From positions 496,001-560,000 of the forward strand of contig LSRY02000015.1 of assembly GCA_001643675.2 (NCBI GenBank): a DNA stretch of 64,000 bases, read 5' to 3'. The translations under genes and the position numbers were made by a program. Below, in pieces: positions 35,256 to 49,500 of the stretch. Position 1 is the first letter of the stretch. Every line of letters begins with the position of its first letter. The stretch is from Monocercomonoides exilis PA203 (lineage: Eukaryota > Protista > Preaxostyla). The notes under the pieces were generated by a model, which was given only the letters and a program-made list of their open reading frames with translations, did not search any database and had not been told where the DNA came from.

Positions 35256-37483
35256 TTACAGGGCGCCACCATAAAATCTGGGGAACAGGCACGCCTCTCT
35301 GATGGAGGTGAGCCCCAAGAAAAACATTGTCACTCTTTCCAGTCCAATCCCCACACCTCCGTGTGGCGGAGCACCGAATCTGAAGGCATCCACATACTCC
35401 TTCGGGATCTCAATGTCCAGCTCTTTTCCGCGCTGCTCCAGCAGAGAGGATGAGTTGATTCTCTGTGCGCCTGACACAATCTCTTCTCCACGCAGCTCCA
35501 CATCGAATGAAAGCGAATAGCCTGGGCGCTCGGGATCTGGGTGTGTGTAGAACGGGCGGGCGCTCTGTGGGAACTGAGATGGAAGAGAATGGAGTTAAAT
35601 GGTAAAAGAGTTAAAAGAAGTCACATGATGAAAGTCAGTTCAGAAAAGGAATGCGAAAGCAAATAAATAAATTGAGAAGAAATATTAAATGAAAAAAGAA
35701 GAGAGTTATAAATTGTTTAAAAATAAATCTCTCTGGTAACAAACTCCAACAAGGCAGTAGATATCAGTGTTGAATTTCTCCTTCACGATTTTGCCGAGAA
35801 TACGTTCAGCTTCAGTTCTACGTGTGACATTGAGGGTTTTCAAAATGAAAGAATGAGATAAAAAAAGGTCAAATAAAAAATAAATAAGAAAGTAAGAAAG
35901 AAAGAAAGAAAGAAAGAAAATAAATAAATAAATAAATAAATAAATAAATTATTTTTAAATTAAAAGAATTATTAATAATTGCACACCCAATATCTTCTGT
36001 TGGTGACTGGACAATCTTCGACTGGCTTTCGTTGATCCACTTGCAGGCTTCGTCGAACTGGACAAGAACTGGTGTGCTGTCGTAGACAATAGGAGCAACT
36101 GGGTACTGTTGTTGTTGTCATTCAAATCCAAAAAAAATTATGACACATACAAAAAATGAATGAAATAAATAAAAAATGCATTGAAAAAGAAAAGCAAAGC
36201 AAATGGCGTAACAATAAAATAAAAATGAAAGCGAAAAAAAATATTCTCCAAAATTTTTTCCTTCAAACTTGTTGCTTGATAGCTTCGATTTCATCTTTGT
36301 ACTGCGCATTCAGTCCATCAAACATGTACTTGAACAGCTGGAGTGTGAAGATTGGCAGCTCTTTGAACTCAGAGAGCTCCATTTCAAAGTCCATTGAAAT
36401 AAACTCGCACAGATGTCGAGGGGTATTCGACTTCTCTGCTCTAAAAGCAGGGGCAACCTCAAACACTTTCTCCATCCCTCCGCAAATGCACATCTGCTTG
36501 TACAGCTGCGGTGATTGTGCCAATGTTGCTTTGTCATCGAAGTATTGCAACTCAAAGCAGTTTGCTCCTCCTTCACTAAACGTTTGATCAGAAATATCAT
36601 CAATATTGTTTGAAATCATATGTTTATATATTTATTTGAAAATTTGATAAGTTGTTTCTTTCAATAAAATGGTTCTAACCTTTTTCCTGGACATATCTTT
36701 GGTGTATGAATTTCAATAAACTTGCGTTCAGTTAGGAATTCTCTAAACAAACGCGATACTCCAGCTTTAATTCTGAAAATAGCCCAATTTGCCAATGTCT
36801 GTAAATTCATTAATGTTGGTCATAAAGTTCAAAAATTACAAAGTTTCAAAAATGCACACTCTAAGATCCAAAGGTCTGAATTTGAGGGAAGTTGCAAGTT
36901 CTGGTGCATTTTCCTAATTTGCAAAAATGTTTTTTTCGTAATAGAATAAAATCAAATTGAAAATAAAGAAATTTAAATTCATACAAATCTACCATCAGGT
37001 CCCTTTTTAATTCCTTCTCCTCCAAACAATTGGTTGATTTGAATTGGAAGTGGTGTTGCAGATTCAGATACGACTTTCACTGTTGGGTTAAACATTTCAA
37101 CATCTTGTTGAGTGCAAGATTTAATAGGCTGCATCGCTTTTTGTAATGTTCCACAAACTTCAATGGATGATTCAACGGTTATGTCCTCTCTAAAAAAAAC
37201 ACATTTCGAAAAAATTAAGATAAATTGCTCAAAATGCAAACTGTGGCTTGTCTTTGGATTTTAAAACAGCAACCTGGAAAGTGTATTTTGCTTGTCGAAT
37301 GACATAAAACATCATTTTCTTTGTTTCCCTTTTAATATGGAGAAATCCTCTGACTTTTAAATTTTTCCCCACTAAACTTTCATTCAATTCAGAAACGTGA
37401 GTTAATTTTTCGCAACTGATTTGCTCTTCAACTTTTTCTGAGCTTTGAGTCGATGAACTCTGAGCTGCTTCAGGAGTTGCCAT
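35256..37483 (-). CDS. DARS1: Aspartyl-tRNA synthetase (cytosolic type), multi-exon
   Basis: OB-fold N-terminus, LDLR, FIEIHTPK, SEGGANCF, LAQSPQLYKQ, FRAEKSNTPRHLCEF, RGEEIVSGAQR and PPHGGVGIGLERV. Confidence 0.93.
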
Positions 37484-37668
37484 CTTTATGCAGTAAATAA
37501 ATGATCAATTGATCTAATAACCATAAATATCAAATAATGATATATCATGAATTTCTTGTGGTGAATATTTTTGAAAAATAGCATCAGAAGTTAAAAAAAT
37601 ATGAAATGAAGCAATAGAAAAGCTTAAAGATAGAATAGATATTCGTTTAACAAAGAATGTGTGCAAAA

Positions 37669-39509
<1,841 letters not shown>

Positions 39510-39657
39510 TATATATTATATGGGATGGATCTTAGAATATTTAAGTTTTTGAAATTTGAAGATAAATAGATTTTATAGATAAAAAGAGAAATAAATTTCA
39601 TTGTAAAATAATAAATACTGTGTTGTTTTTTTATCATTCGCAAAAGAAATTCTTCTT

Positions 39658-41566
39658 ATGAGTACATCTCCAAAGAAAATGTTTTTTAATTTTATTGTTG
39701 TTAATATTCGTTTCGTAATTCCTATTTATTTGTAGAAGTAATTCGCCATCATCGTATCGCCAAATACGATCTATGTCTCTTCAATCTCACTCAGCTTCGC
39801 CACGAACAAAGATTACAAAACAAAATGAAAATTCTTCTAGTACAGCACAAAAATCATCTTTATTTTCACATAGATTAAGCTCAACTTATTCTCCTTCGCT
39901 AGAAAGAAAAGTGGTACAATCTTCTTATCATTCTTTGTTTCAGAAAGCACATGACTCTCAACAAATATCTTCAAATGAGACAAAAAATAACAGCAAGGTT
40001 TCTACAGAAAATATCGTATCAAACACATCTGGGGAATCAGACGGGGGTCGTATTGGAATTGATAAAAGCCGTGCTTCGTTTGCTTCTCGTCCATATTCTG
40101 CAATTATTCAGAGAAAGTCATCCCCTTTAAAACTACGAGATAATAAATCTTCTGACTCTCCGACTCGCACTTCATTAACATCTTCCCCGTTAAAGTATTC
40201 CAATGCTAAACATACATCTATACAACATCTTCGAATGTCTTCGCAAAATCATGCTTTTCATTCATCGTCATTTTCAAATACTAAGTCACCAGAAAAATAT
40301 TTGCCTTCAAAGAATTTTAAAGAAAAAAGTTCTGTGAAGGAAATAGATGAACCAAGTGTATCTCATTTAAAAGATATAAGCACTTCAAAAGAAATTCCTT
40401 CTTCTGATGTGTCATCCACTATTGATAAAGCTGAATCAAAAGAAATGGATTCAGATTCATCTGCAGATTCTCTTTCAAAATCGACTTCATCAAGAAAAAT
40501 GGAGCAGCAAAGTGCGCCTTCATCCGGGTCTTCTTTACCAGATGATGCAACTTCGAGCACATCAACTACACAAAATGAGGGACCGAATCATTCATCGGCA
40601 TCTTCTTCTTCTTCTGACTCGAAAGATAGGCATTTACGTTTGCTTATGCTTCTGCGCCATCTCTCAACTTTGGACAGTGTTGAAGATAAAAAACAAAAAG
40701 AACAACTCACTGTTTGTTTCTTTTCTTTTCTTTTCATTTTTTTAATGTAAAATAATTACTTCTTCTTTAATAAATTTCAACTATTATAATTTTTTTTGTT
40801 TTTTGTTAATTTGTTATACATAAATACTTTTAATTCTATTTGAAACAAAACATATTCTGTTCACATTTCCTTCTGTTTCCAGTCTCTGGCAACTTCACTC
40901 ACAACCATTTCAAGAGTCGAAGCCAACCTTATGACGCAGGTTACTTCATTTGTGAGGCTATGCGAAGAGTACGCGAACGAAGTGGCAAATGAAAGAGCAG
41001 CCTCTTCTCTGAGCGAAGAAGAAGCAAGAACAAAAGTGAAATCTCAAAGAATGGCTGTGATAAAAACAATGCAAGAAGAGATATTGATGTGTGCTAATGA
41101 GGAATTTTAAATAATAATCAACTTATACATTCTGTCTAAATTTTTGAATTTGGAATAACCACAATTATGTTCGACTTTATGAAAATGCTCAAACATGAAT
41201 ATTAATTTTGTATGTATTAATGCATTACAGGCTGCTTTCTGTGATACGTTCTCTTGAGTCGACTGTGTCATCTCAAGCATCAACACTCTCACAGCTTCAG
41301 CAAGAGGATGAAAAACTTCAGAGAAAACTGGCTAAAAAGCAGCAGCAACGTAAAGAATATGAGGAATTAGTACAAGTATGCCAGTTTTGAACATTTGTTT
41401 TAACATTTCTTTCCAAATTTTTTAATATTTTGTTTTTATATTTTTCTTTTTCATTTTGTGATCATCATCAAAAATGGTAAATTTTGATGGATATATGTCT
41501 TAGCGATCTACGTCAATGATTTCAAACTTTCAAAGAATTCTTCAAATTGAATCCATTCCTAAATAG
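39658..41566 (+). CDS. Ser-rich protein with C-terminal coiled coil, unknown function, multi-exon
   Basis: ATG at 39658 and a long Ser-rich exon (39773-40750 ORF). Further exon-like blocks at about 40883-41090, 41230-41375 and 41504-41566 are bounded by AG/GT. Exon limits are approximate. Confidence 0.6.
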
Positions 41567-41941
41567 AAGAATAATACTGGAGCATATTGTTATTGTGTTA
41601 TTAAATTGATTTTTGTTTATTTATTTGTTTGTTTTTGAAAAATATTTAAAGCTTATAATAAAAAAATATCAAATTGTAATATTTTTTTATATTTTTATTG
41701 TTAAAAATTATGTATAATTGAAAAGAATTTGTTTATTTTTTGAAAACTATTACGTTAAAATGATTAATAAGAATATTATGAAAAATTCATTTTGTATGGT
41801 TTTCTGGTTTTTATGAATTTCACATATTTTAGGAAGTTTTCAGTTCCAGCTCACGACATATCACTTTTAGAGAAATAGATTGTGTCAAATTTTTATTAGC
41901 ACCCAGTTTTATATATGATCCTAATGTATTTTTTCTTATAT

Positions 41942-42209
41942 GGGGGAAAATATTGACTTTCAAGCATTTCATGCACAAAGCACAAAAAAATTGTTTCACT
42001 CATAACTTTATTTATCTTTTTTTGATTACAAAACAAATCTGATTTTCATATCCATAAACAGGTATCATTGAAATCAAAACATTAAGTTTTCCAGCGTTTC
42101 ACGATTGTCAAAAAATAGAACCATTTTTATAATATTCTTTGTTAAAAAATAGTTAATGAAAAGTGCATATTTTTTCAATGAAAACGCTTGAAGCAAAATA
42201 TTTTGCCCC
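41942..42209. mobile_element. MITE family B (268 bp), copy 2
   Basis: Imperfect ~30-bp TIRs GGGGGAAAATATTGACTTTCAAGC / GCTTGAAGCAAAATATTTTGCCCC. Flanks are ATAT and ATTT. Confidence 0.75.
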
Positions 42210-43107
42210 ATTTTTTTTAATGTAATTGTTTTTTTCCCCTGCTTTTTCTATTCTCACTTAGAATTTGGGAGATTCTTATGAAATCTAATTTTTTCTTTCG
42301 AATATTTCTGTTCAAAAATTTCCTTTGAATATCACAAAAAGAGCACTGAAAAGAGAGCAGGATTATTTAAGACATTATCATTTTTCATTCAGATTTATCA
42401 CATGTTCAGATAATAGTTCTGATCGTTTTTTTGCATTTCAATACAAAATCTCTTCCCAGTAACAAACAACCTTCGAAAAATCAAAGCTCCGAAAAAAGTT
42501 ATGATTTTTTCAAATGATCACCCATTTGAAAGTGAAATTTCTTTATAAAGTTGTATGATAATTTTTGAATTTATTATTTTTTTTAATAAAAATTTCGGTT
42601 TGATAGTTTTATTCTGCATTATTTGTAATTGAACACATCTCACTGACAATTTCAATAAAAATCAATTCTATCCATTTTTAAAAAAAAGCGTTTTCCTTTT
42701 TTTCTTTTGATAAACATTTTCATTTATAAGAAAATTATTCAAGAAATGAAAATGCTTTTTCACAATTATTAACACTCCGAAAAAAGTTATGATTGCAATA
42801 ATAATCACCCAGTTGTTACATATAATGGTTGATTCCCTAAAAAAATAAAACAGTGAAATTATCTCAACAACCGTTGATTGAAACATTTCGACAAATATCT
42901 CAGTTATTCATTCTTTGTTTTCAAACTTTTGCGACACACATAAATGATACAACTTTCTTTATGAAAAAAAATTGTTTTTAGATTTTCTAAATGTTTTATG
43001 AATGATAAAAATGTTCATAAATATCCTTTTTAATTGAGGGAATAATTGTGTTAATCGTCAAGATACAACAATCAATAGTTGTTTAAATAATACAACAGCC
43101 CACATAT

Positions 43108-43347
43108 GGGTAATTCTTTTTGAAAAGTCGCAAATGTTTAATTTTTAAATAAATCAAAAATTTCATATCTTGATCAAATTTCTGTACCCGCTCATGCAAC
43201 TTCACATATATGTGTCAAATGGTATTGTTAAATTGTGTCCTTCACTTTTGTGAAGTTGCATGAGCGTGAACCGAAATTTGATCAAGAACTGAAATTTTTG
43301 ATTTATTTGTGAATTAAACATTTGCGACTTTTCAAAAAGATTGACCC
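43108..43347. mobile_element. MITE family A (240 bp foldback element)
   Basis: About 100-bp imperfect inverted arms (43108-43206 / 43249-43347) around a ~42-bp spacer, with ATAT on both flanks. Confidence 0.85.
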
Positions 43348-43516
43348 ATATGTCGGAAGTGTCCATCATTATTCACACAAACTTAATATTTTATTTCCCT
43401 CTATAACTTTTTGAAAGGAGAAAAAGGAAATATTCAAAAAAAAAAAAAAAAAAAAAAAAAAACTGAACGAAAAAGGATGGCTTGTTTATAATTCATGATT
43501 TTGCTTGCATAATGGG

Positions 43517-46500
43517 ATTAGGCATTTTTCTAATTGTTGTGACTCTCTGACAAAAATATGAGACCATAACATAATTTATTTTTCCTGCTCATTGTATTTT
43601 CTGGTTTTTCCAGTCAAATGGTTTTGCTGAATGTTCAAATGCAACTAAAATGTGAAACAATATTTTGTGTATGTGCTTCTTTATAAAACAAAGAGTTATT
43701 TTTTGTTCTTACAAGATATTTTTTGATGGCAGGAAATGAACGATTTTGAAGGCATGAAGAACCAAAAAATCTTTATTCGATTTGAATTTAATATTCCTTT
43801 TTGTTGTCTTACAGAGGCTTAATTTTTATCTGAAATATAAGCAGTTCTGTTTTGGAATTTTTTTGAACAAAAAACGTTTGTTGAAAAAGACCCAAAGTGC
43901 TTTGAGATAAAAAAGATTAATTTTCTGGCTCATGCATCTTTAAAAATTATGATTTGCATGTATAACCTTTATTCGCTTGGAAAAAGGAGAGGCGATGATA
44001 AAAGATGCCTTTGATTTAAAAACCTTATGTGAAACTCATTACTCATTGGCAACAATGGATTCACCAACAAAATTGAAGGTATTTTATTATTTTTTTCATT
44101 GTTTCATAAATTTATTTTTCCATCGTTTTTGATGAAAATCTTTGAAGTCATTGTCAAAAGAATCAAGAGACAAATGTCTATCATGAAACGTCACGAAGAA
44201 TTTGAGTCAATGTTGTAAATCGCTTCTTTTTTCTTTCTAAAAGATTCATTGATGAGCAATGACTGTTTCGTGAAGAAAGAAACGAAAACTCCGAATGAGA
44301 TGTTTTCCAGGATGTTGCAAAACAATCATGAACAAAGAATCATAAAGGAGGATTGGAAGAAGAAAACATATTAAAATGAAAGATTAGCGCTGCACTGGGA
44401 GGAAAACCATTGATGATTCGGAAGTTATTTTTGGAAATATTGAACGCTTTGAAGATGAAACATGGGCGACAAAAGAAAATCGAAAAAAAGTGAAGACAAC
44501 AGAAATAAATTTGACAAAACAACTCAGAAGAAATATTAAAGATTTATAAATAAAGTTTGAAAAAATGATTGAAAATGAAGAGAGAAATGAGGAAAAAATA
44601 ACTATAAAGATACTTCAAAATGAAGTTTTTGAAACAAGGTCAGTTTGAAATGATGGAATAATTGATGAAGATCAAATGCACTTTTCAAACGAATTAAGAT
44701 CTCTCTTTGAACATTTTAAGTTTGAGAAAAGTATTGTTCTTTTTTTTTCCAATTTCAATTTTCAAATATTTCTCATGAAAATATTTCTTTTGATAGCTAT
44801 TCTTCTTTTCATTGAAAGATAATTGCGCATTGAAGAGCAAATTGTTGGAAATGGCATCAAGATGTTGATATTCCTCGTTCATACAGAATAAAACAAAATT
44901 AAAGCGATTCAATGGCGGTGAAAAAGAAAAATTCATTCTTTTTCAGCCGAATGAAAAAATTATTTCTTGATAGAATAATTGGAATGGCCATCGATTTAAC
45001 AAATGAAAGAAAGACAGGAATAATCAATACCTAAAAAAGTTCAAAATAATCTTTGAATTATATAAAAATATGGTTTATTATGACCCATAATAATTCTCAT
45101 GATAATGATTCTTTTTGTTTTGGCTGAGTGTTTGTGCTTCACATTTTGTGGCACAGATACAAATGATGCACAAAGGAATGGATATCTCATTTATCACATT
45201 CATGCTCAGTCTGAAAGTCATGTTTTGGCAAGTGGAAGCGTTGTTCAGCTATTCTGCGAAATGCACAATTCCTCAGTCGAATTGAAGGAAATAATGTTGG
45301 AAATAGCAGATGATGATGTGGAATTTGATATTCGAGAAAAATCATTCCTGCGCCTTGATGACTGCTTGTTGATGAGAAAAGGAGGTTTCAGTGGTCATTT
45401 TGTCTTCAATGAAGGAACATGCGAAATGATGAACACTACCTTGAATATTGAGAAAAGAAATGATAATTGTGAGTTTATGACAAGTCTTGTGAAGATGAAA
45501 GGAGAAGATGCATCGTTGCTTGTGAGAAACAGTGAGTGGAGGAACGTTGTGTTTTGTGGGAGTGGAAGCATTTTGAGAAATGGAGAAGGGTCATTTGAAG
45601 GAATCAAAAACAGTGCTTTTTCAAACATCACAATGAAATTCATGGAAACAGATGAAATGCCAATCGGAAAAGTGTCAATGATGAAAATGAGCATTTTGGA
45701 AGATTGTCGAGTTGAAAGTTCGATGAATGTGCTGGAGAGAGGGATTGTGAGTGGAACAGAAGGATCCATTGCATTTTCCTGCAACAATTGCACATTCCTC
45801 CACAACGAAAGGGTGGATTGGAGAGTGGGAAATACAGAAAGAAATTCAACCACAGAGACACAGACATATAAGAATGCTGAATGGAATGAATGCTCCGCTC
45901 CGTGTGGCGGAGGGTTGTATGTGCATGACAATTCGAGTGCAACGCTGACTGTTGAGAATTCATCATTTGTGAAGTGCAATGCAACTTCAACAAGAGGTGG
46001 AGGTATTTTCGCTATTAACATTGCAGAATGCACAGTGAAGCATTCTGTGTTTGAAGAGTGCTTCTGTGCTTCATCGACAGACTATGGAGGGGCTGGTGCG
46101 GAGGTTGAAGAGTTGAAGGTTCAAGTGCTTGTTGAAAATTGCCTTTTTGAAGATGGATGGTCAGGAAATGATGGAGGTGGTCTTGGAATATGGAGATCAA
46201 AGACAATAAATTCGAATGATTGCATTTTGGATTGTATTTTTCTGAATTGCAGTGCTCATTATTCAACAGACTCTGGTGGCGGAGGATTTATAACTTGGTA
46301 TCCCAGCGACAAAATTGTTGCGAAAAATTGTCTTTTTCAAAGATGCTATTCAGCTCGCCATGGAGGTGCCGTAAGTGTTCAAACAAAAGAATATAACGGA
46401 AATCTTTTATGGTTTTGCTTTTTCCACAACAACAGTGCTCCTCAAGGAAATGATATTTACGTACATGATAACTCCACAGATTCACAACTTGCTTGGTGTT

Positions 46501-49500
46501 TTTCAACGCGAACAGAAGGAGTGAGATATTATGCAGGTGGAGATAAAAGTGAGTGGCTTCCCAATGAAGGAGGAAGAAGCAGATTTGTGGCTTCAACTCA
46601 AAATCAGACAAATGCGAAGGACACATTCAGCTGTGGATTGAATGAAAGTTGTGCATGCCTCACAATCAGCCATTGTCTGACCCAAATGATTGTGGGGTTT
46701 GTGGAGGAAATGAAGGTGTTGAGTGGAACAGTTGTGGAAGGAAAAGGAGTTGACATTGGGGAGAAAACAATCTCTGTGAATGGAGTTTCGCCATCTGGCT
46801 CAGCCATTGAAACAAAATTTGAGGGAAATGGACTGAGTCTGTTTTGTGTTGGAACAGGGGAGTTGGCTGTGAGCGATTTGTCAGTGATTCACAATTCATC
46901 ATTTGAAAACAACCGAAGAAGCAGACTGTTTGAGGTTCAAGGGTTTGGAGGGATCAATTTGGAGAGATTGAACATATCGATGGATGCAGATCATTCAGAG
47001 GAGAGGAGCATTCAGAACTCACTTGTGAAGATGGAAGGGGGAAGTTTGAAGATGAAAGATGTGAGATGGGGGCAAACATTCAGCACCACGAGTATGATAT
47101 CTCTGCCTCAAGAGGCAACTGTGACATTGTTTCTGGACAACTGCACATTCAACAACATTGTGAGAACAACAGCAGGATCATCGCTGATAAATGTGGATGA
47201 AGGGTTATATTCGATAACCCTTGAAGGATGCACACTTGATGGGTGTGGGAGTGAAGCTTCTGAGTTTGGAGGAGGGATGATGATTGAAGTGGGGAATGTT
47301 GGTTCATTGAGTGTGAGTGGAGGTGTTGTGAGAAACTGTTATGCCTCAACCATGCAAGGGAGAGGAGGAGGGATTGGGCTGAAAGTGAGCAATATAAATG
47401 CAAACTTTCTGATCTCATCAGGATTTGAGGGGAACAGAGCCAAATGGGGAAGTGACATTTTTGTTGACTCGATCAACTTGGAGTCAACAGCAAAAAGTGG
47501 AAAGATAACATGCCTGACAGCTTCTTTGGATTCTTTTGATAAGGTGAGAGGATATGACAATGGAAACACAAGTTTGGCTATCCCTCTGTGCATCTATCTC
47601 TTCAACCCAGAAGAAGTGTATGTGAGCAATACCGAGGCATATGATCATTCACATTGTGGAATTGTCCAATTCCCTTGTTTGACCTTGAAGCACTCACTCA
47701 CACGACAAACAGGAACAAAGAAAGTTGTTGTGAGTGGAATGATTATGATGAATGATGAATTGTCATTTGCTAATCAGAAACACGAAATCAGAGGAAATGA
47801 TGATCAAAGTGGCTGGACAGTTTCTGATGCAAGTTCAACATCAAACTCAGCGATGATAACAGCAAATGTTGAAACAGAATTATCAAAGCTCATCTTCTCT
47901 CTTCCTCCTTCTCTTTCATCGCGTTCCACTTTTATTTCTTCATCTTCACAACTGACTTTGTATCATTGTTCTCTTTCCCTTCAAGATCATTCATCGGAAT
48001 TGACATTTCTATTCTTATCTGTTGAGTCTGGGTCATTGGCTATTGATTCGTTTTCAGCTTCATCAATCACTTTGAGTGGAAATCCATTGATATCTTTGTC
48101 TGGAAGCGGAACAAATACTGAGTTGATGAATACTAAGTGGTTGAACATGACGAACTGCAATTTCACAAAAATAGAAAGAAAAGCAGGAAGTGGAGGATGT
48201 GTGAGCATCGATAACAACAATGATGAAAACTCAAACACACAAATAAAGATTGAAGAATGTGATTTTGATGGATGCTCCGTGCTGGCTGATGAGAGCAGAG
48301 GAGGAGCAATCAATGCTCAGTTGAAAGGGAATATTCAAATGGATATCACTTCGTGCACATTCACTGGATGCACAGCACCAGCTGGAGAAGAAGGGAAAAA
48401 TGGGTTTGGAGGAGGGATAGCACTGAAGCTGATTGATGACCATTCTTCATTTGTGATCTCATCCCCCATTTTTGATTCAAAAGAGCCAAATGTTGCGAAA
48501 TATGGAAATGATCTGTTTGTTGAATCATCCAACTTGACGAAGAGCATCACAAACACCTCTCTTCCATTTGTATCTGGACATCTATCTGACATTTCGTTGG
48601 ATTCGATGAGAGGCTTTGATGGGAATGATACGGCGAATGCTATTCCACTGATCTATTTCTGGCGCACACTTGGATCAGAGATATTTGTTGGGGGAGAAGG
48701 AAGAGACATGGGTGCTTGCGGATTCTCAGATTATCCTTGCCTGTCAATTGATTATTCATTGGATCGATTGACTGACGGAAATGAAAAGAATATGAACATC
48801 ATTGGAAAAGCGATTCTTCAGAAGAGTGTTGATGTGAGTGGATTTTCAATAAGCTCAAACAATACAGATATGTGCTCTTTGGAATGTCTCTCATTACTTG
48901 AAGGAGCAGAAGAAGCAGCAATGAAGATTTCTGGAATTACCAGTTTTGAACTGATTTGCTTTGTGATTCCATCATCCTTCACAAGTGGAGTCAATTATTT
49001 GATGGATGTTGGATCAAGTGAAGGATCTTTAACGTTGAAAGATTGTTCATTCATCAAAAAGGAAGTAAATGATGGAGAAAAAGAAAAAATGAATTTTGGA
49101 CTGATCAAAGCAGATGGAGGCACAGTTGTATTGGAGTTTGTGTCAATGCAATCTCTCAGATTTGCAAAAGATGTTATTTCTGTGCTTTCAACAACAACAT
49201 TGAACTTCAAAAATCTGACGATGAAGAATGTTGAGTTGGAAGGAGCAAGCGGGTTGAGGATATCAAAGAGTTCAGGGAGAGAAAAAAATGAAGAAGAACA
49301 AGATGTTGTTATTGAGTGGAGCATATTCGAAGAAATCACCCAGAACACAACAGATGATATTCCTATCATTCGAAATGAGGATATTGATGAGCCATTGAAA
49401 ATGGTGATTCGAAACACAACGATGAAGAAATGTGGTGGAACGAGGTGTGGAAAGGGAGGAGGGATGTTTTGTGTGTTGAATGAGGGAGGAAGCTTTGACT

